From NCBI GenBank assembly GCA_964016885.1, contig OZ024742.1, positions 371,752,001 to 371,816,000 on the forward strand: 64,000 bases of DNA. Reading direction: 5' to 3'. Under the pieces are notes generated by a model. That model was not told where the DNA came from, did no database searches, and saw only the letters and a list, made by a program, of their open reading frames with translations. This DNA is from Eledone cirrhosa (taxonomy: Eukaryota). Below, piece after piece: positions 55,401-64,000 of the stretch (position 1 is the stretch's first letter; each line of letters begins with the position of its first letter). The position numbers and the translations under genes are program-made.

Positions 55401-58400
55401 ACAGGGTTGTGGGTTCAATTTCTAGACCAGACAGCATGGCCCATTGGTTAGTGTGTTGGACTTGACAATTACAAGGTTGTGGGTTCAATTTCTAGACCAG
55501 ACAGCATGGCCCATTGGTTAGTGTGTTGGACTTGACAATTACAAGGTTGTGGGTTCAATTTCTAGACCAGACAGCATTGTCCATTGGTTAGTGTATTGGA
55601 CTTGACAATTACAAGGTTGTTGGTTCAATTTCTAGACCAGACAGCATGGCCCATTGGTTAGTGTGTTCGACTTGACAATTACAAGGTTGTGGGTTCAATC
55701 TCTAGACCAGACAGCATGGCCCATTTTTTAGTGTGTTGGACTTGACAATTACAAGGTTGTGGGTTCAATCTCTAGACCAGACAGCATGGCCCATTTTTTA
55801 GTGTGTTGGACTTGACAATTACAAGGTTGTGGGTTCAATCTCTAGACCAGACAGCATGGCCCATTGGTTAATGTGTTGGACTTGACAATTACAGGGTTGT
55901 GGGTTCAATTTCTAGACCAGACAGCATGGCCCATTGGTTAGTGTGTTCGACTTGACAATTACAAGGTTGTGGGTTCAATTTCTAGACCAGACAGCATGGT
56001 CCATTGGTTAGTGTGTTGGACTTGACAATTACAAGGTTGTGGGTTCAATTTCTAGACCAGACAGCATGGTCCATTGGTTAGTGTGTTGGACTTAACAATT
56101 ACAAGGGTGTGGGTTCTATTTCTAGACCAGACAGCATGGCCCATTGGTTAGTGTGTTGGACTTGACAATTACAAGGTTGTGGGTTAAATTTCTAGACCAG
56201 ACAGTATGGCCCATTGGTTAGTGTGTTGGACTTGACAATTACAAGGTTGTGGGTTCAATTTCTAGACCAGACAGCATGGCCCATTGGTTAGTGTGTTGGA
56301 CTTGACAATTACAAGGTCGTGAGTTGAATTTCTAGACCAGACAGCATGGCCCATTGGTTAGTGTGTTGGACTTGACAATTACAGGGTTGTGGGTTCAATT
56401 TCTAGACCAGACAGCATGGCCCATTGGTTAGTGTGTTGGACTTGACAATTACAAGGTTGTGGGTTCAATTTCTAGACCAGACAGCATGGCCCATTGGTTA
56501 GTGTGTTGGACTTGACAATTACAAGGTTGTGGGTTCAATTTCTAGACCAGACAGCATGGCCCATTGGTTAGTGTGTTCGACTTGACAATTACAAGGTTGT
56601 GGGTTCAATTTCTAGACCAGACAGCATTGTCCATTGGTTAGTGTGTTGGACTTGACAATTACAAGATTGTGGGTTCAATTTCTAGACCAGACAGCATGGC
56701 CCATTTTTTAGTGTGTTGGACTTGACAATTACAAGGTTGTGGGTTCAATCTCTAGACCAGACAGCATGGCCCATTTTTTAGTGTGTTGGACTTGACAATT
56801 ACAAGGTTGTGGGTTCAATCTCTAGACCAGACAGCATGGCCCATTGGTTAGTGTGTTGGACTTGACAATTACAAGGTTGTGGATTCAATTTCCAGACCAG
56901 ACAGTATGGCCCATTGGTTAGTGTGTTGGACTTGACAATTACAAGGTTATGGGTTCAATTTCTAGACCAGACAGCATGGCCCATTGGTTAGTGTGTTGGA
57001 CTTGACAATTACAAGGTCGTGAGTTGAATTTCTAGACCAGACAGCATGGCCCATTGGTTAGTGTGTTGGACTTGACAATTACAGGGTTGTGGGTTCAATT
57101 TCTAGACCAGACAGCATGGTCCATTGGTTAGTGTGTTGGACTTGACAATTACAAGGTTGTGGGTTCAATTTCTAGACCAGACAGCATGGCCCATTGGTTA
57201 GTGTGTTGGACTTAACAATTACAAGGGTGTGGGTTCTATTTCTAGACCAGACAGCATGGCCCATTGGTTAGTGTGTTGGACTTGACAATTACAAGGTTGT
57301 GGGTTAAATTTCTAGACCAGACAGTATGGCCCATTGGTTAGTGTGTTGGACTTGACAATTACAAGGTTGTGGGTTCAATTTCTAGACCAGACAGCATGGC
57401 CCATTGGTTAGTGTGTTGGACTTGACAATTACAAGGTTGTGGGTTAAATTTCTAGACCAGACAGTATGGCCCACTGGTTAGTGTGTTGGACTTGACAATT
57501 ACAAGGTTATGGGTTCAATTTCTAGACCAGACAGCATGGCCCATTGGTTAGTGTGTTAGACTTGACAATTACAAGGTCGTGAGTTGAATTTCTAGACCAG
57601 ACAGCATGGCCCATTGGTTAGTGTGTTGGACTTGACAATTACAGGGTTGTGGGTTCAATTTCTAGACCAGACAGCATGGCCCATTGGTTAGTGTGTTGGA
57701 CTTGACAATTACAAGGTTGTGGGTTCAATTTCTAGACCAGACAGCATGGCCCGTTGGTTAGTGTGTTGGACTTGACAATTACAAGGTTGTGGGTTCAATT
57801 TCTAGATCAGACAGCATTGTCCATTGGTTAGTGTGTTGGACTTGACAATTACAAGGTTGTGGGTTCAATTTCTAGACCAGACAGCATGGCCCATTGGTTA
57901 GTGTGTTCGACTTGACAATTAGAAGGTTGTGGGTTCAATTTCTAGACCAGACAGCATGGTCCATTGGTTAGTGTGTTGGACTTGACAATTACAAGGTTGT
58001 GGGTTCAATTTCTAGACCAGACAGCATGGCCCATTGGTTAGTGTGTTGGACTTGACAATTACAAGGTTATGGGTTCAATTTCTAGACCAGACAGCATGGC
58101 CCATTGGTTAGTGTGTTGAACTTGACAATTACAAGGTCGTGAGTTGAATTTCTAGACCAGACAGCATGGCCCATTGGTTAGTGTGTTGGACTTGACAATT
58201 ACAAGGTTATGGGTTCAATTTCTAGACCAGACAGCATGGCCCATTGGTTAGTGTGTTGGACTTGACAATTACAAGGTCGTGAGTTGAATTTCTAGACCAG
58301 ACAGCATGGCCCATTGGTTAGTGTGTTGGACTTGACAATTACAGGGTTGTGGGTTCAATTTCTAGACCAGACAGCATGGCCCATTGGTTAGTGTGTTGGA

Positions 58401-61400
58401 CTTGACAATTACAAGGTTGTGGGTTCAATTTCTAGACCAGACAGCATGGCCCATTGGTTAGTGTGTTGGACTTGACAATTACAAGGTTGTGGGTTCAATT
58501 TCTAGACCAGACAGCATGGTCCATTGGTTAGTGTATTGGACTTGACAATTACAAGGTTGTGGGTTCAATTTCTAGACCAGACATCATGGCCCATTGGTTA
58601 GTGTGTTCGACTTGACAATTACAAGGTTGTGGGTTCAATCTCTAGACCAGACAGCATGGCCCATTTTTTAGTGTGTTGGACTTGACAATTACAAGGTTGT
58701 GGGTTCAATCTCTAGACCAGACAGCATGGCCCATTTTTTAGTGTGTTGGACTTGACAATTACAAGGTTGTGGGTTCAATCTCTAGACCAGACAGCATGGC
58801 CCATTGGTTAATGTGTTGGACTTGACAATTACAGGGTTGTGGGTTCAATTTCTAGACCAGACAGCATGGCCCATTGGTTAGTGTGTTGGACTTGACAATT
58901 ACAAGATTGTGGGTTCAATTTCTAGACCAGACAGCATGGCCCATTGGTTAGTGTGTTCGACTTGACAATTACAAGGTTGTGGGTTCAATTTCTAGACCAG
59001 ACAGCATGGTCCATTGGTTAGTGTGTTGGACTTGACAATTACAAGGTTGTGGGTTCAATTTCTAGACCAGACAGCATGGCCCATTGGTTAGTGTGTTGGA
59101 CTTAACAATTACAAGAGTGTGGGTTCTATTTCTAGACCAGACAGCATGGCCCATTGGTTAGTGTGTTGGACTTGACAATTACAAGGTTGTGGGTTAAATT
59201 TCTAGACCAGACAGTATGGCCCATTGGTTAGTGTGTTGGACTTGACAATTACAAGGTTGTGGGTTCAATTTCTAGACCAGACAGCATGGCCCATTGGTTA
59301 GTGTGTTGGACTTGACAATTACAAGGTCGTGAGTTGAATTTCTAGACCAGACAGCATGGCCCATTGGTTAGTGTGTTGGACTTGACAATTACAGGGTTGT
59401 GGGTTCAATTTCTAGACCAGACAGCATGGCCCATTGGTTAGTGTGTTGGACTTGACAATTACAAGGTTGTGGGTTCAATTTCTAGACCAGACAGCATGGC
59501 CCATTGGTTAGTGTGTTGGACTTGACAATTACAAGGTTGTGGGTTCAATTTCTAGACCAGACAGCATTGTCCATTGGTTAGTGTGTTGGACTTGACAATT
59601 ACAAGGTTGTGGGTTCAATTTCTAGACCAGACAGCATGGCCCATTGGTTAGTGTGTTCGACTTGACAATTACAAGGTTGTGGGTTTAATTTCTAGACCAG
59701 ACAGCATGGCCCATTGGTTAGTGTGTTCGACTTGACAATTACAAGGTTGTGGGTTCAATTTCTAGACCAGACAGCATTGTCCATTGGTTAGTGTGTTGGC
59801 CTTGACAATTACAAGATTGTGGGTTCAATTTCTAGACCAGACAGCATGGCCCATTTTTTAGTGTGTTGGACTTGACAATTACAAGGTTGTGGGTTCAATC
59901 TCTAGACCAGACAGCATGGCCCATTTTTTAGTGTGTTGGACTTGACAATTACAAGGTTGTGGGTTCAATCTCTAGACCAGACAGCATGGCCCATTGGTTA
60001 GTGTGTTGGACTTGACAATTACAAGGTTGTGGATTCAATTTCTAGACCAGACAGTATGGCCCATTGGTTAGTGTGTTGGACTTGACAATTACAAGGTTAT
60101 GGGTTCAATTTCTAGACCAGACAGCATGGCCCATTGGTTAGTGTGTTGGACTTGACAATTACAAGGTCGTGAGTTGAATTTCTAGACCAGACAGCATGGC
60201 CCATTGGTTAGTGTGTTGGACTTGACAATTACAGGGTTGTGGGTTCAATTTCTAGACCAGACAGCATGGCCCATTGGTTAGTGTGTTGGACTTGACAATT
60301 ACAAGGTTGTGGGTTCAATTTCTAGACCAGACAGCATGGCCCATTGGTTAGTGTGTTCGACTTGACAATTACAAGGTTGTGGGTTCAATTTCTAGACCAG
60401 ACAGCATGGTCCATTGGTTAGTGTGTTGGACTTGACAATTACAAGGTTGTGGGTTCAATTTCTAGACCAGACAGCATGGCCCATTGGTTAGTGTGTTGGA
60501 CTTAACAATTACAGGGGTGTGGGTTCTATTTCTAGACCAGACAGCATGGCCCATTGGTTAGTGTGTTGGACTTGACAATTACAAGGTTGTGGGTTAAATT
60601 TCTAGACCAGACAGTATGGCCCATTGGTTAGTGTGTTGGACTTGACAATTACAAGGTTGTGGGTTCAATTTCTAGACCAGACAGCATGGCCCATTGGTTA
60701 GTGTGTTCGACTTGACAATTACAAGGTTGTGGGTTCAATTTCTAGACCAGACAGCATGGTCCATTGGTTAGTGTGTTGGACTTGACAATTACAAGGTTGT
60801 GGGTTCAATTTCTCGACCAGACAGCATGGCCCATTGGTTAGTGTGTTGGACTTAACAATTACAAGGGTGTGGGTTCAATTTCTAGACCAGACAGCATGGC
60901 CCATTGGTTAGTGTGTTGGACTTAACAATTACAGGGGTGTGGGTTCTATTTCTAGACCAGACAGCATGGCCCATTGGTTAGTGTGTTGGACTTGACAATT
61001 ACAAGGTTGTGGGTTAAATTTCTAGACCAGACAGTATGGCCCATTGGTTAGTGTGTTGGACTTGACAATTACAAGGTTGTGGGTTCAATTTCTAGACCAG
61101 ACAGCATGGCCCATTGGTTAGTGTGTTCGACTTGACAATTACAAGGTTGTGGGTTCAATTTCTAGACCAGACAGCATGGTCCATTGGTTAGTGTGTTGGA
61201 CTTGACAATTACAAGGTTGTGGGTTCAATTTCTCGACCAGACAGCATGGCCCATTGGTTAGTGTGTTGGACTTAACAATTACAAGGGTGTGGGTTCTATT
61301 TCTAGACCAGACAGCATGCATGGCCCATTGGTTAGTGTGTTGGACTTGACAATTACAAGGTTGTGGGTTAAATTTCTAGACCAGACAGTATGGCCCATTG

Positions 61401-64000
61401 GTTAGTGTGTTGGACTTGACAATTACAAGGTTATGGGTTCAATTTCTAGACCAGACAGCATGGCCCATTGGTTAGTGTGTTGGACTTGACAATTACAAGG
61501 TCGTGAGTTGAATTTCTAGACCAGACAGCATGGCCCATTGGTTAGTGTGTTGGACTTGACAATTACAGGGTTGTGGGTTCAATTTCTAGACCAGACAGCA
61601 TGGCCAATTGGTTAGTGTGTTGGACTTGACAATTACAAGGTTGTGGGTTCAATTTCTAGACCAGACAGCATGGCCCACTGGTTAGTGTGTTGGACTTGAC
61701 AATTACAAGGTTGTGGGTTCAATTTCTAGACCAGACAGCATTGTCCATTGGTTAGTGTGTTGGACTTGACAATTACAAGGTTGTGGGTTCAATTTCTAGA
61801 CCAGACAGCATGGCCCATTGGTTAGTGTGTTCGACTTGACAATTACAAGGTTGTGGGTTCAATTTCTAGACCAGACAGCATGGTCCATTGGTTAGTGTGT
61901 TGGACTTGACAATTACAAGGTTGTGGGTTCAATTTATAGACCAGACAGCATGGCCCATTGGTTAGTGTGTTGGACTTAACAATTACAAGGTTGTGGGTTC
62001 AATTTCTAGACCAGACAGCATGGCCCATTGGTTAGTGTGTTGGACTTGACAATTACAAGGTTGTGGGTTCAATTTCTAGACCAGACAGCATGGCCCATTT
62101 TTTAGTGTGTTGGACTTGACAATTACAAGGTTGTGGGTTCAATCTCTAGACCAGACAGCATGGCCCATTTTTTAGTGTGTTGGACTTGACAATTACAAGG
62201 TTGTGGGTTCAATCTCTAGACCAGACAGCATGGCCCATTGGTTAGTGTGTTGGACTTGACAATTACAAGGTTGTGGATTCAATTTCTAGACCAGACAGTA
62301 TGGCCCATTGGTTAGTGTGTTGGACTTGACAATTACAAGGTTATGGGTTCAATTTCTAGACCAGACAGCATGGCCCATTGGTTAGTGTGTTGGACTTGAC
62401 AATTACAAGGTCGTGAGTTGAATTTCTACACCAGACAGCATGGCCCATTGGTTAGTGTGTTGGACTTGACAATTACAAGGTTGTGGGTTCAATTTCTAGA
62501 CCAGACAGCATGGCCCATTGGTTAGTGTGTTGGACTTGACAATTACAAGGTTGTGGGTTCAATTTCTAGACCAGACAGCATGGCCCATTGGTTAGTGTGT
62601 TCGACTTGACAATTACAAGGTTGTGGGTTCAATTTCTAGACCAGACAGCATGGTCCATTGGTTAGTGTGTTGGACTTGACAATTACAAGGTTGTGGGTTC
62701 AATTTCTAGACCAGACAGCATGGCCCATTGGTTAGTGTGTTGGACTTAACAATTACAAGGGTGTGGGTTCTATTTCTAGACCAGACAGCATGGCCCATTG
62801 GTTAGTGTGTTGGACTTGACAATTACAAGGTTGTGGGTTAAATTTCTAGACCAGACAGTATGGCCCATTGGTTAGTGTGTTGGACTTGACAATTACAAGG
62901 TTGTGGGTTCAATTTCTAGACCAGACAGCATGGCCCATTGGTTAGTGTGTTGGACTTGACAATTACAAGGTCGTGAGTTGAATTTCTAGACCAGACAGCA
63001 TGGCCCATTGGTTAGTGTGTTGGACTTGACAATTACAGGGTTGTGGGTTCAATTTCTAGACCAGACAGCATGGTCCATTGGTTAGTGTGTTGGACTTGAC
63101 AATTACAAGGTTGTGGGTTCAATTTCTAGACCAGACAGCATGGCCCATTGGTTAGTGTGTTGGACTTGACAATTACAAGGTTGTGGGTTCAATTTCTAGA
63201 CCAGACAGCATTGTCCATTGGTTAGTGTGTTGGACTTGACAATTACAAGGTTGTGGGTTCAATTTCTAGACCAGACAGCATGGCCCATTGGTTAGTGTGT
63301 TGGACTTGACAATTACAAGGTTGTGGGTTCAATTTCTAGACCAGACAGCATGGTCCATTGGTTAGTGTGTTGGACTTGACAATTACAAGGTTGTGGGTTC
63401 AATTTCTAGACCAGACAGCATGGCCCATTGGTTAGTGTGTTGGACTTAACAATTACAGGGGTGTGGGTTCTATTTCTAGACCAGACAGCATGGCCCATTG
63501 GTTAGTGTGTTGGATTGACAATTACAAGGTTGTGGGTTAAATTTCTAGACCAGACAGTATGGCCCATTGGTTAGTGTGTTGGATTTGACAATTACAAGGT
63601 TGTGGGTTCAATTTCTAGACCAGACAGCATGGCCCATTGGTTAGTGTGTTCGACTTGACAATTACAAGGTTGTGGGTTCAATTTCTAGACCAGACAGCAT
63701 GGTCCATTGGTTAGTGTGTTGGACTTGACAATTACAAGGTTGTGGGTTCAATTTCTAGACCAGACAGCATGGCCCATTGGTTAGTGTGTTGGACTTGACA
63801 ATTACAAGGTTGTGGGTTCAATTTCTAGACCAGACAGCATTGTCCATTGCTTAGTGTGTTGGACTTGACAATTACAAGGTTGTGGGTTCAATTTCTAGAC
63901 CAGACAGCATGGCCCATTGGTTAGTGTGTTCGACTTGACAATTACAAGGTTGTGGGTTCAATTTCTAGACCAGACAGCATGGTCCATTGGTTAGTGTGTT
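52493..64000 (+). repeat. 70-bp tandem array (>=160 copies) of a tRNA-like SINE-head unit; runs off the window end
   Basis: Unit CAGCATGGCCCATTGGTTAGTGTGTTGGACTTGACAATTACAAGGTTGTGGGTTCAATTTCTAGACCAGA. A-box-like TGGCCCATTGG and B-box-like GGTTCAATTTC occur at tRNA spacing. Confidence 0.95.

Noticed and set aside
52493-64000. Tandem tRNA gene cluster (the unit can be phased to end in CCA)
   Set aside because: Acceptor and anticodon stems do not pair and there are no spacers. Eukaryotic tRNA genes do not normally encode CCA. It is treated as a SINE-head satellite.

Overview
Eukaryotic (animal) genomic DNA. The RTE-LINE/SINE repertoire with (GAT)n tails suggests a coleoid cephalopod such as Octopus; this is inference, not a search result. 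The window lies entirely inside one gene, DCP2 (mRNA decapping Nudix hydrolase), on the + strand. Four small coding exons (128, 99, 153 and 113 bp) splice in frame and carry an intact Nudix box. About 85% of the window is intronic tandem repeat: a >=40 kb 21/23-bp satellite with nested higher-order duplications (5.58 kb, ~13.2 kb) and short internal inversions; a 47-bp satellite amplified from RTE ORF2 coding sequence; a 28-bp satellite amplified from a SINE body; a nascent ~47-bp repeat from the RTE 3'UTR; and a >=11.5 kb array of a 70-bp tRNA-like unit with A/B boxes. The acceptor just downstream of the 40 kb satellite has a U12-type (minor spliceosome) branch point, implying a satellite-filled giant minor intron. 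The middle introns hold decayed RTE LINEs (with a PHD-like finger inside the RT), a tail-to-tail inverted LINE pair, a MITE with a nested SINE and further SINE fragments. No prokaryotic features, CRISPR array or functional tRNA/rRNA genes were found.
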